Source of the DNA: Gnetum montanum
Lineage: Eukaryota; Plantae; Gnetophyta
DNA length: 64,000 bases
Direction: 5' to 3'
Assembly (NCBI GenBank): GCA_015680685.1
Contig: MNCI01000952.1
Span: 1,086,538-1,150,537, forward strand
The notes below the pieces were generated by a model. It searched no databases, had not been told where the DNA came from, and saw nothing but the letters and a program-made list of their open reading frames with translations. Below, piece after piece: positions 14,295-27,700 of this stretch; positions within the stretch are counted from its first letter, which is position 1, and each line of letters starts with the position of its first letter. Position numbers and translations under genes: made by a program.

Positions 14295-17033
14295 TCATGT
14301 GGTGCTTGAAGGTGGTGGCTCCTCCATTGGTTGCTTCCCTTTGTCCCCAGGCCTTTGAAATTTGTAATGATTTAGCAAGGCTTGTAACTTCTCTTCTTCC
14401 ATCCTTTAGTCGTCTACCATCTAGGCTACTAAGCCAATGTGTGTTGACACTAGTACATCCCAAGGACATGGTAGTTGTGGGAACATCTGGTTAGCCTTCA
14501 CATACCAAGCCACAAATTGTTGTCTTCCCTCCTCAAAGGCCTTAGCTTTGTCTTTGAGTTCATGATAATCTGTTAATCTTCTAGCTAGGTTTGAGGCTAC
14601 ATCTTTCTATTCTTGATAGCTGGCTTTAACCTCCTCTAATTTTGAGTTTTCCACTTGCAACTTTTGCAAAGTGTCCTTTTGATCTGCAAACTCTTTTTCA
14701 TATATGCATAGGTGATCACCACCTATTTTTTTAGCTCGTTTCGAGGTTGAGCTACTGTAAACATGGCGAGGTTGGCATATTTGAGGTTAGCCAATGCCAT
14801 GTATTTTTTTCAAATATTCTATTTGTATATCTTTATTCTTGACTTCTGCTTGATGGACCAAGACATAGCTATCCAGAATGGGCTGCCACTTAGGATTTTA
14901 GCCTAACAAGAAGCTGATGTGGGTTTTGGCCATTTGGATCTCTTTTTCATTTATCTACTTGTACATGCCTACTTGATCGTAGAATTGTTCCTTTAATTTT
15001 TTGTGATTTTTGGCCTCATTTTGCCATGCATTATTTCAATTGCTGACGTCTAATGGATAGCATGGACCTCCTCTATTGAGAGGGTTCTATTCTCCCTAGC
15101 CAATCTACTATATCCTAGTTAACCCTCACCAGTTGTTCGTTCAACTACTAGACACTCTCATCAAGAATGTTCTTTTACTTCTCAACTATGGTCAACCTTG
15201 AGTTCTCTGCGGCAAGCTACTTGTTTTCTTCTTATGCAATGGTTAATGCCTTTTTGTACATGTGGGATTATGCATTAACGGCAGAGCCATTCCAAACTAC
15301 CTTCTCCTTTTTCTTTGTTTAGCAGCTACGTTCTTCTTCATAAGCTTGGTTAGCTACTTCATCTTGAATTTCTCAAGCTGGTTAGGTGCAACAAATTGGG
15401 CAAGATCCCATCATTCAACTCTCAGGGCAACTAGCTCTTATTACTGTCTTTGTACTTTAGCTTCTACATGCTTTGCTTTGACTTCAACCATGACCAGCTT
15501 TCCTTTTGTGGTGATGAGATCTGATTATGTTGTAGTGACATCACTAGGGATGTCAAACAAGGTAGTCATCACTTACCCCCTTTGCAGTAGTTGATCAAGC
15601 ACATCCTCATGCACCGTAGGAGTCATTGAAGTCCTGGCTAGCATATGTGCATCTATGGTTCCCATTAGATCTACTGGGGGCAAAATAGGCACACTAAATG
15701 ATTCCTTAATATGGTCTATGATTACTTTTGCTGCGCCTGTCGCATCCTCATGTTGTAGTACCACAACTGTGGCACCTTCTCCTATTTCAAGCATTACTTG
15801 GAAGGATGGAGCATTCCCAGAGATTTGTCGTGATCATTGGGATCCTTCTCCTAATTGTAGGGAGATCTCCTCTCATGTTGTATTAGCTGAAAGTATGGAC
15901 CATATGGCATCATCCATCACTTTGAAGAGATGAGATTCGTCCCTGCTTCTCCAACTAACAACTTCAATGATCTTTTGTAAATGGCTCATCAAGGGCCTAT
16001 AATCTTGTGATGGTGGTGGTGGTGGAGCTTGTGTTTGTGGGTGTTGTTCAGGCTCACGTTGTGTTTTTGCTTCTAATGCTGCCTCCTTCTTTAGTTCTTG
16101 TTCTTCACCAAGATATTTTCTTGGTGTTGCATGTTTTAGAAGTTCGGTGAAGGAGGAATTTTGAGCCTTCCTAGGAATATCATTCGTATATCCTAGGATC
16201 CTAGTGCACTTGCAAAGCCTTCTGATTAGGCAAGGAAATGGAAGTGTTGGTTTTTCTACCTTCTTTCCTTCAAACCACTGTTGGATTTCAGTGAAGTAAA
16301 ATTGGGGAAGATTGGTTGCAAATTTACCCATTAAAATAGCACTTCCCCTAGCTTCATATGTTGAGATTTGATTGAGCCATTTCATGGTAAATGAGTGGTA
16401 AGTCCCAATCTTGAAATACGTCCTCCCTTATAAAGTCATTTTATTATACATTTTATCCTCCTTGTCGTACGCCCGTTTCAACCATAGTTTCTTGGTCTTG
16501 GGGTTATATCTGGTTGATAAATGGACTACCTTAGCTTCTTCATTTGGCAGATTGAGAGCTGCAGCAATAGCTTTGATTGAAAAAGAGACGTTGACTCCAT
16601 AAATGTTCACGATGATGCCATCATCTTTATTGTGCCAGAATTGATGAGTTTCACCTAAGTACCATTTTCCACTATCCAAGAGAATGGGCCATAATTGGGA
16701 TGCCTTAAGTTGCATCCAAACTGCTTTAGGAGTAAACTCCATGAATGGGCTAAAATTCATTTCCATTATGACTGAGGTCAATGTGGACTTTTCTAGGATG
16801 GTAGCAAGGAAATTAGGGGGCAACGTGAGACATTGTCCCTGCATGGGAGCTTGTGGTTCTACAGCCTTTCCTTGGACCAACTATCTAGTAGCAAGAGCCT
16901 CTTGATGAATGTTGAATGATTGGGCCTCCTACTCCATGTGTTTTACATGTTCGCCTTATTGACCTCAGCCATCTCATGGGCACTTAGCTACTCTTTACAA
17001 AGGCTCATCTTGTACACCTCTTTTTTGGGCCAT
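14295..17033 (-). pseudogene. E2 ORF2: Transposase_32/ATHILA-ORF-like N-terminal domain plus long coiled coil
   Basis: LWPILLDSGKWYLGETHQFWHN..VNIYGVNVSFSIKAIAAALNL, NLPQFYFTEI and LPFPCLIRRLC; ends DKGKQPMEEPPPSSTT*. Colinear with 29652-32408. Confidence 0.8.
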
Positions 17034-17584
17034 TTGCAATCAAGAAAAGATCGAGTGTTACTAAGGTTGTATTTTTTATCATTAATCAATTTATACCTTA
17101 CTCATTAGCTTAGTTCATTAAGTTCTTAATTCATATGATCACAGAGTTAGAACAATTTTCAAGAAAAATCCCCAAAAAAGTGTCTATCTTCTTTACGACC
17201 CTTTGCAATTGGTTCCTTTTTTCTTATGTGTGGCTTATAATGATGGTTATGGTCCCTTAGGTGGAAAAATTAAGGTTCCTGACATTAATATAATTGATTT
17301 TTCATGATAACACTTAAAGTTTTTAACACTCTTACCCTTATAATACCCTTCGGGCAATAGAAAATGTTAGCAGTTTGGTGCAAGTTTCACATGTGAGCAT
17401 GCCCCCCTACCCACAACTAACTTGAACACTCTAGGTTTAGGTAGGTTCAAACAGCATGAAAATCGGAGCAATAGAAAGCTAAATATTGCAAGTGGAAAGT
17501 GAGTGCATAGAGCTCTGAGTCGCGAGAGAAAACTTGAATAACTCCCCTAGTAGCAAATGATGAAAATGAAGTTTGAGCACTGTA

Positions 17585-17640
17585 GGGGTCATATATATAG
17601 TTTTTATTTGACCCAACATTGAGTATGTGACGTCGAGGTC
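17585..17640 (-). promoter_or_regulatory. E2 internal promoter upstream of ORF2 (palindrome plus TATA)
   Basis: Minus-strand CTATATATATGACCCC. The adjacent caacattgagtatgtgacgtcgagg (17614-17638) matches the element's own LTR at 14059-14083 (19/25, mostly transitions). Confidence 0.6.
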
Positions 17641-18939
17641 CATGGATTTTCACTGAATGGTGTAGCTGAGCATGGAAATTGAAGCTCTATGATGGGTTGG
17701 AAGGTCTGAAGCTAAGTCCATCAATCTGGGGAATGTGAAAAAATTAATTTGAGGCATTGAAAGTTTGATAAGGTGGAGTCATTTTAGGTGATGGAAAAAT
17801 CAATTATAGGATAAGGGAAACTACAAAATATAACAATTGAGGGCTTAGAAGGTGAAAAATGATGTGGCTATGTCCAATAGGTATAAGTCACAAAAGTTAC
17901 ACAAGTGGATCCTCCCCAAAGTAGGCTTTAACCTATGATCCCCTTGTGTAACCACACTTGAAAATGTTTGTAAGCACTAAAGGGGTTGAATGCAATGCAT
18001 ACTTGTGAAACAAAACACACATGTCAAAACCACCAAATTGAGATAATAACTCTATGTTACACAAAACCACAAGCTATGATCACCTGGACCACAAGATGAG
18101 ATGGATTATAGAAATGATTGCAGAAATTGGGACATGAGGTGGTTTACCATGGTCATAATGAAATCCTGTATGCTTTTAATGGTTAAATAATCATGAGTTC
18201 TTCTTTTCAAGATTCAAACCAACCACACCACATTGCAGTGACATCACATTATTTCATCCCATCAATGGACAACCATAAGACTATCATAGTAGTGAGGAGT
18301 AACATCACTTGGCGTTTTGTTCAAGGGAGGAGCTTTAGTTATGGCATGCACACACATTTTTTTTCTTTGTCACTTGTTTTTCTAATTTTGAGAAGTTGCC
18401 AACCTTCAGGCATGGATACATGTCTTTCCAATGGGACTCACAAAAGCTTATTCAGTGTCATTTTAGGTTGCTCTTACTCCCATTTTTTGTTAGATCTACA
18501 ACGATATGGTTACAACCTCAGCAACATGATCAAACATACAAAAGTGGCTAAAGAGAATCCACAAATCCCCTTGATGTCATAACCTTCACATTCTTCCTTG
18601 GTTCTACACTCTTTTGTTTGGACACAATGATTATAGATTTATTATTAGCTTGGATAATGGAAAAGATTATCATTATGACTAGGGCAAGAACCTTTTTATT
18701 AATGAAATGGGTGGATGGATATCATGATCTCAATGTCCAAATAATTAGTCCCTTATGACTTGACAACATAGAGAAAACCTCATCTCAATGGGCAACATGA
18801 TCATTGTATTCACAAGTGAGATTACATAACAAAGAAAAGGAAAGTAACAACTAGAATAAATTAAAAGAGTGGATTCAGAAATAGGAAAATGATAAAAAAT
18901 TGTAAGACAAAAAGATGAAAAGCACTTAAGAATCCTGAA

Positions 18940-21357
18940 GCTTAGAATATGGGGTAACCCCCAGGACTAAATATTTGGTCATGATGAGGATTAATAAGTG
19001 GATAATCGGGATTCATTCATGTATGAAACATTGGTAACTGTTCATGCCCTAGCCATTGGATGTCTATTGGTGGTGTGGTGGTTGGGTAGAAAAATTGTTG
19101 GTCACACACTTGATGGTTAAATGTATGGTTGGTTAGGGTATGAGGTGTGTTGACGTTATGGATGTCTGGCCCACAATTGCACCCTTAGTCATGATATGGT
19201 ATGCATGGATTTGTTTGCCTCCCCACACTATTGGATTCATTGGTTGGATTTGGGATTGGAGTATTAATGGATGATGGTCCCTATGTAGGCTCAGAAGACA
19301 GTTGTTGAGTCAAGGACGATGATGCACTAGATTGGCATTGTCTTGGCTCGGATGATATGATGGGTCCATGCTTGGTCTGCTTTGGCTTACGACCTTTCCT
19401 CCAAAAAGAATGTTTCCTACATTGTGGTTGAGACCCACTAGTGTCAGCATGTCTATGCAGATTTGCAACACAAGAGATATTTGTTTGTTGATATTGTGGT
19501 GTGAAATATTCTTGTGTCATTGGTAGTGGCCTGTAATGTGGTGGTGTATGAGAATATCGAGGGTAGGCTGGATGGTATAAGAAGTGCGAGGTGGTGATCC
19601 TTTAGGGGATGTTATGGGTTGATGGTACTTGAGAGAGTGGTAATGGTGATTTGAAGTAGAGGACGCAAAACTAGTTAGAGAAACAAGATGTTGAACATAA
19701 TATCCATATTGTTTCAGCAGATAGGGTTGATTTGGTGGTGGCCTCCCCCACGATTGTGGTTGATGACCATGTTGAGGTTGGTAATAAGTACCCCTAGGAT
19801 GGTATGATCAATTGTGGGACTTTCTATATATCCTTGTGGGAGAGGAAATCTCCTAGGCATGTGCTTTTGCACAAACTTCAGACTTAAGACACTTGTCTAA
19901 TACTCCTATAGATGCAACAAGACTGAGCAATGGTGCTTCAAATGGTCATATATGCAGATGTTGCATCCAGTATCTTCATTTGTGGTTGAGTCTATAGCCT
20001 CACTTTCTTTAGCCATTTTTCTTGTTTGTGGAAAAGTGTTCATGACTGTTTCTTGGTTCTATATCCTTTGTTAATTGTGATCGCTTGGCTTATTTTGCAT
20101 GATCCTCTCCTCGACCATTTGGATGAGAGTTGTAATGTTTTCACATACCCATTTGGACATCCTATTCAACTTTAAGTGCATCAATAGACTTCTGTATCAG
20201 CAAGGTTTGTTGCGAGACCACCTTATCAAGAGTGATTTCATTCTTCTTACCATAGATTTGAACCTCCTTCTGTTGAAGAGTTGGATCCCATTGATTTTTC
20301 TTGACATTTTTCCCATTTGCATATCTCTCCTTCTTCTTTTTCCACATATTCGATTAGCTCTCAGATCTAATGGGCTTGGAGCTTGTATAATTGCCCTAGG
20401 GCATACATCCCAAGGGTCTCCCTTGTTTCATTATGAAGCCCATCTATGATGTGGAAAAGTTACCTTTCCTTGAAGAAACCATGGCCTGGGCATCTATTTA
20501 ATAGGAAATAATATCTATCTAAGGCCATGTCCAAGGGTTTAGGTTGTTCTTGCTTCCACTCTTGGATTTGTCTCCTCAGGTTGGATACTCTCGCATAGGT
20601 TTGGTATTTCTCATTGAAAGTTTCCAACATTGTTGACACCACACTTTGGCTCTATCAATTAGTGTCCTAGAAAAGAGCTTAAGCTTTTGCCATCCATTTT
20701 CAATGTTGTAGAGAGCACATGCATCATGAAAGGCTTGTAAATGATGTTGTAGATCTAAATTTTAACCTCTAGCAAACTTAGGAATATTAGTCATGCCAAG
20801 CTTAATGGGATATCTTAACTACCTCTATGATCTGCATTAGGCTCTTGGTGGCCAAGAAGGGTTCATCATCATCAAACATGTTATGATGAAAATATCTATT
20901 GGGTTGATGGTGACGATTGGACTTGTGTTCATGTTGATGAATTCGAGTGTGTTTGTGGGTTTGATTTTTACTTTTATTTCAACCCTTCAATGGAACTTTA
21001 TTCCTATACCTACATTCATCTTCGTTAGAACTAGAAGTTGAAGGGGAAGAGGAAGATGAGGAACTAGAAGGATTGCCATGGCTTCTATGGTGTTCCCCAG
21101 TCCCTTAATTTATTGTTCCTTGGTTTTGAGGAGGTCTTAGGCCTTGAGGCCTTCCCTAGTTCAGGGCCTACGTCATCTCCTCCAAGATTGTTTGTCTTAG
21201 GTGAATGTAGTCTTTGAGTGTTGTTAGGGTGATCATGAACATAAGAAACCCCTACATAAAGTTGGTCACTCCAATTTTCTTCATCATATATCTTGTTAGT
21301 TCTCCAATGAATATTTTTGCTATACAATGAGTTGTCACTTCCGTGCGAGAGAGACAT
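18940..21357 (-). pseudogene. E2 gag (retrotransposon gag domain, coiled coil, Pro/His-rich tail)
   Basis: WQKLKLF..TLIDRAKV and MLETFNEKYQTYARVSNLRRQIQEWKQ..YFLLNRCPGHGF. Homologous to 25890-27700. Confidence 0.82.
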
Positions 21358-24300
21358 TGTTGTTGGTTTATGGTGTGTCTAAGCTAATATTTTCTGAAAG
21401 ATATATCATAAATACCATTACAGCGATCATGTATAATATAACTAATCTAGATAGCTAGCACCATCCTCGGAAATGGTGCAAATGATAAGCGATGAGGTAC
21501 CCTTATGCCCAACCATACGAATCACAAGCGTTCACGCATAATCCGGTCGAATTCCGTGGATTAGACTAGTTGTGGTATCTAGATTGCTATGATTTGATCA
21601 CAGTTTGCTGTCTTCCCACTTGGACTAGTGGTAGCTTTGTCACGTATGGTTTAGTCCAAAGTGAGGCATATGATGTTATCTAATTCTACTTTGATCCTAA
21701 TGGCGATACAAAGGTAAATTGATTAAGCTAATGAATAATGGAAAATAAGATTTAAACTAGCCTATGTGCAATGAGTATCTACTCTTAATCGTCTGTATAC
21801 ATCTTGGACTTCATGAGAGTACTTTTGGGATTGCCAAGCATGTCACTGGTTGTGCTAAACAATACGCTACTGGATTACCAAACACTTCCACTTAAACACT
21901 TGTGATTAAGGCATATGGATTCCACTTAATGATAGTAAGAGTAAATAACAATAAATGAAAATGTTAACTAAAGGAAATAGTAAATAATTAACAATTAAAA
22001 GTAATAATAATCTAAGTAGATGTTGCAATGATGGAAGCAATCTCGATCTTTATTGCCAGTCATGTAATGTGTCCAAGTATGTCACACTCGAACAAAGGTG
22101 TTGTACGATTACAAACATCACATTGTAGACATGCATTGGGAATAACAAAACTCTAGGAAAGACTATCAAAAACTGAAAACTAAAAACTATTTTCTCTCCT
22201 ATCTATTACTTTCTCAACTAGGCACTCAACTACTGTATTTATAGGCCAGCATAGAGGAGACGACATCGAATATTCGACTTCGACATTAGGGCCTGACAAA
22301 TGATGACTCATCACCTAGAAAGACAAATTTGACCTAAGACTATGCAGGCATGTAGAAGGTAGGAGCGTACATGAACTGACGGTGCCACTATTAAACTAAT
22401 GTTACGAATTCTACCCTACAACGACGGTTTACTAAAAAAACTCAAATTGAAACAAATCTTGATAGTAATTGAAATTCAGATTTGAAATGCCAAGAGGCAT
22501 GCAAATGCAAAATCGGGTAGAGAAGTTGAAGAAGTTGGGTAGGCTATTTGACACCTCTTTTAAAATTTTTCATCGCATCAAGTTGCAGAAAACCCTACGA
22601 CGCTACATTCAAAACAAGAAGTCAAGAAATGGATTGACATGAACTTACCTTGTTTGTCATTGCTATGTGCACTTTGGAATCCAACTGTAAGCAATCAGTG
22701 GCGGCAACGACGATGTTCCTCTCGATGCGCTCTGCTCCTCTGCAGTTAGCTATGTGCGAGGTTCAAATGGTTGAAATGTGATTTTGTCGCGATAGCTCTA
22801 TTTTTATTTATTTTTAAATATTGCGTGATGCGAGCAGGTGCAAGTTGCATAAGCATTGCAATTTAAAATGCTCTGCTACGTCTCACAAGAAACACTACGA
22901 ATTACAATTCAATCATATAGTGCGATGCACAGTTGTTTGCACAATGAATACCAAGTTGCTAATTTTTGTGGGCTAATAATTCATGTGGCCTGCATATGCC
23001 ACCAGTATTTGATTATGAGTGTCATGCAGATATTAGTTAAATTAATGCAAACAGATTCTTTCAGCATCCACCTTGTAGTTTCAGGTACTTTGATGTGACT
23101 CGTAAAAAATACTACGAATTACAGTATTAGGATAGATTGCGACTAGCATGGAATTGCACTGTGAGGAAAAAGTTTATGGTTTTTGTTATCAAATTAATGT
23201 GTGCCATTTAAAAATAGAAACTATGTGTGAGCGTGATGTAAGAAGCATTAACCATGGATGTGACCGCTTGCGACCTGCATGCAATTCGCAGTTGGAATAT
23301 GATGTAATGTGCATGACATTGCAACCGTAATCCGACCAATTAGTAGTTATAGAACATCCTAGATACTACATCAAGTGAGAGGCATGAATTACCATTTCAC
23401 AATAAAGTTAAATAGAACCAAAGATGATTATATTAGGAGACAAAAATAGATCCAAACCTTTTTTAGTCTTTGTCAAGTGCATACATCCAAAGAACATAAC
23501 AAGGCTACAATAAGAGATAACATGAATGGAGACTAAATTAGTAGCATCTGACAAAAAACTTAAATCCTAAAGCTAATGAACATCATAAACTTCTTTTTGT
23601 CATGCAACTTAGGCATTCCACTACTATAGATTTGAATGTGAGGGATATGAGTTTTGATTGTAACTTGACAATCTTCATCACATTTTGTAAATTAAAAATA
23701 AGAATTGTTACTTCATTATACTTAAGAAAAAGTAAATTAGATATTCAAATTCAGGCTATTGGATGTAGAATGTATCTCTACCTTCTGTAAATAATTTTCT
23801 ATGACATTTTGAAGCAGACAACATTTGTTGTTGATTTTTCATAGGGCTATCCCAACTTGACAATCTTTTGGTACCTGTCAAACCAGTTTCATTCATTGAG
23901 AACAAAAACTTAAATTGAATCTCCTCAACATATTTTTCAAGTTCTAAAACATTCTCTCTATTTGTGGGCATATTCTTCACAAAATTTTTGAATGCCTTTT
24001 TCAATTTTAGTATTTTCTATGTCTAACTTGCATCTACATTATCCTCAAATGCTTCAAATTACTCATTTGATTTCTGACCTTCATTTTTGTTATGCTCATT
24101 AAAAGATACTATACTATTGTGTGCCACATTGCTATTTGATTTCCTAGTGGTTGATCCAAATGTCTCAAGTCTCATCCCTAACTATGATGCCATTTCACAG
24201 CTTTGAAATTCATGAGGCATAAATGAATTTAGCTCGATAGGGGGTTCTTGAATCAAAATACTCATCTCTGAAGAAGAACTTATATGCATTGTTATGTCCC

Positions 24301-25025
24301 TTGACTAATATCAAAACTTTCATTGAATGCTTGCAAAATTGACCAAGGTTGGACCATCTACACTCACAAAAAATACTGAAGAAAAACACCTTGTACCAAG
24401 TATCTCATTTCAAAGAATTTTAACTATGCACAAGATATTCATCTTCTTTGTTCAGTACCTATATGCAGTCATCATCAAAAATATCAATTGTCCTTTCCCA
24501 TGACTTCTTATTGATTTCTCTATCCTTTCTATTTATTAGATATCCTATAGCCTTAAGTCTTGCATTATTCCAATAATATAGCTATACCTTTGTCATAATC
24601 CACATAAGCCAATCAATGCGATAGTCTTTTCTAATATCTCTCAAGAATTTTTCCTTTAAAAATCCATTATAGAACTCCACAACATTGTATGTGTGTTGTT
24701 GAGCATGAGGAATATCATGATAAAGTTTTGCCTACATCCCTGAGAAATGAACCTTTGAGCCCTTAGCAAATCATCAAAGAAAGGAACATACAATCTAAAT
24801 GTATTGAACTGTAATCTATATATACTTGCAAAATTTATCTCCATTTATCCACTGGCTCTTTAGGTAACTGATGAAGTGAACATTCTATTAATGCTCATTG
24901 ACAAACTTGTTAATTTCCATAACTACATTCATAGGAGTTTTGCATTCATTCATAATTGATGGGACGGGATATAGCATCTTCCCCTGCGATATCGCGTACG
25001 CGATGTCGTAGTCCACTGCAATGTC

Positions 25026-25033
25026 TATAAATA
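25026..25033 (+). promoter_or_regulatory. LTR TATA box of E1, preceded by GCGATATCGC palindromes
   Basis: TATAAATA lies only ~70 bp from the LTR start. The same motif occurs at 32618-32625, and a TATAAATA occurs near the equivalent end of every related LTR in the window. Confidence 0.7.
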
Positions 25034-25889
25034 AGAAGCGGCTCTCCCTTGTTTCATACCATAGGTTAGATTGTAGCTAAAATCTGGCAGTTTGATCCCT
25101 CCAGAGATAGATTATTTTCCAGTGTATGCCCGCAGTGTGGTGAATGTAATTATACAGCATCCTTTATTTGAGTGTGACGTACTTGGACACGCACATGACC
25201 GACAATAAAGATCGAGATTACTTCATCATTGCAGCATTCACTTTGTTTATTTATTTATTTAATTATTATTTACTGCTTCCTTAATTAGCCTCTCTCACCC
25301 TTATCTCCTAGCAACGCGGAATGAGTATGACTTGATTACGAGCATTTAAGTGTGACTACTTGGTAACCCAGTGGCGTACCTAGGATCTGTGTTTGGTAAT
25401 CCCAGTGGTAGTCGTGCATGAAGTCCAAGATGTGTACGGATGATCAAGGAACGGATGCTCATCTCACTTTGGCTAGATTAGATTTTCTTACCCTTTCTCC
25501 CCTAGCTTAGCTTAGTTAATATTCTCTTTCTATTGCCTTCGGGAGTAGCATTAGATTAGGAACACATCATACACCTCACTTTGGACTAAACCATACGTGA
25601 CAAATATAATACTAGTCCAGGTGGGAAGATAGCAAACTGCGACCTAAGGATAACTATCTAGGTGCCACAACTAGTCCATCTACGGAGTTCAACCAGATCA
25701 CGCGTGAGAACGCTCATATTCGTATGGTTGAGTGTAGGGGTACCTCACCACTCATCATTAGCGTCGTTGCCGAGGATGGTGCTAGTTATCTAGATTAGTT
25801 ATATCATACAAGGTCACTGTAAAAGGACTTAGCGATATATCTCTTAGAAAGAAGTAATTATAAAAAGTCACATAAATTCACACACAACA

Positions 25890-27700
25890 ATGCCTCTCCT
25901 GCAAGACGATAATAATGCCACACTTAGTGAGNAGAATCTCATGTAGGCATCGTAAAGAGAGCTGTCTACCCAGGCTCGATTTAAATAACTTTCCTAAATT
26001 TTCAAGAGGCTATGGCTTAGATCTGCATCAACATTTACAAGCCTTCTATGATGCCTGCACATGGAACAACATTGATAATGGGTGGCAAAGACTTAAGCTC
26101 TTTCCCATGACACTCGTTGACCAAGCAAAAGTATGGTATAGATCATTAAAACCAAATTCAATATGATGCTGGTCAACAATGGTAGAAGTCTTTAACGAAA
26201 AATATCAAACCTACGCAAGAGTGTCAGCCTTGAGGGAACAAATCCAAGGATGGAAACAAGCAAAACATGAACCCTTAGACATGGCCTTAGAAAGATATTA
26301 TGCACTGTTAAACAACTGTCCAGGCCATGGGTTTTCCGAGGAAAGGCTAATGTACCATATCATTGATGGGCTACGTAATGAAACAAGAGAGACCTTAAGA
26401 ATGTATGCCCAAGGTCAACTATATGAACTACGAACCCATCAAGTCCAAGAACTTATTAAGCGGGTAGCAAAAGAAGAAGGAGAATTGGCTTGATGGGAGA
26501 GTGTTGAAAAACATCAATGGGACCAAAATTTCAACTTAACGAAGGTCCATAATCATAAAAAGGAGAAACCAAATAATCTCAAGGTGGAAGAATCATCTTT
26601 GCCAATAGAAAAATCATTAGAAGAAGCCAAAGCAAAGATCAATAAGATGTTGGAATGGACGTATCAAAAGTGTGGAGAATTTATCAACAACATTGGAGAT
26701 AGAGTTTTGAAAACCCAAGAAGCAGGACGAAATAGTAGACAATTGGAAAGAAGGGATAAGGAGAATAAGGGCTCAAATGACAATCATACATATGAATGCA
26801 ACATATGCTTGTACGATCACCCCAAGGGCCAATGCCCAATACTATTACATTTACATGAGCATTGGGGAAATACATTACATCCAGAGTTCGTATAGAGATA
26901 CTGTGTTCGACCACAGTGGCAACAATTCTAGTCATGGGGGAATCCACCCTTAGACTGGAGACACCCTTCATATCATCCAAATCCAAATGCTTATCTTGTT
27001 CAACATCTTGTTTCTCCAACTGAGCCAACATACTTTATCTTATCATAGTACTATTCTCCACAATACTATCAAACCATGCCTCCAACACAACCACCAACTT
27101 GTTTATCTTATACGCCTCCTAACTTCCAACATTCTTATCCTTTCCCTCCTTCCATAGTGCCATCAACTGTTCCTAAGGTGCCTGCACCACAACAACAACC
27201 CATGAACGACACTTGTGCTACTACTACTAATAGCAGTGAAAAGCCTCCTCAACATCAAAAGTGCCCTTTCTTTAAACATAGCCGTAAAAAGGAACAACAC
27301 AATTTCGAGGCCACTGCATCTTCCGACCCAGCATAAGTCCCACATTATGGTGTACCCTTACCTTCGAATCCCATGCCTCATGTAACTTCATCAGGGCCAC
27401 GAACTCACACTCCAACAACCATACGGCCTAATGAACACAATCATGGAAGGCAACAATCCAATCCTTGCATACCATCTAACGGTCACAAACATCATAGTGG
27501 GTCAACTCGTTATATGGGAACTACATCATACAAATTGCCCCACTATGCTTATTATAATCAAGTGTGTGAACCCCAATGGGGTAAGTATGGACCAGTTTCA
27601 ATATTTTCAACATGCGAGGATCCTCATCTTCCATTTATTAATCCTTGCCATCCTCAACCGATTAGTTATGGGGGATATCCCCCATTTTAATAACAAGTAG
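25890..27700 (+). pseudogene. E1 gag
   Basis: LKLFPMTLVDQAKVWYRSLKPNSI*CWSTMVEVFNEKY (retrotransposon gag domain), CNICLYDHPKGQC (Cx2Cx3Hx4C knuckle) and a Pro/His-rich tail. No protease follows. Confidence 0.86.

Larger units (their letters stand above)
13229..22313 (-). mobile_element. Athila-like Ty3/Gypsy LTR element 'E2', pol-less (gag plus accessory ORF2)
   Basis: LTRs 13229-14105 and 21483-22313 (TG...CA). TSD CCTAG at 13224-13228 and 22314-22318. Degenerate tRNA-Asp-like PBS next to 21483 and PPT next to 14105. No RT, RNase H or integrase motifs are visible. Confidence 0.92.

Noticed and set aside
25915-25960. Apparent ~500-bp deletion in the E1 gag N-terminus relative to E2
   Set aside because: It coincides with an N at 25933, so missing assembly sequence is as likely as a real deletion.
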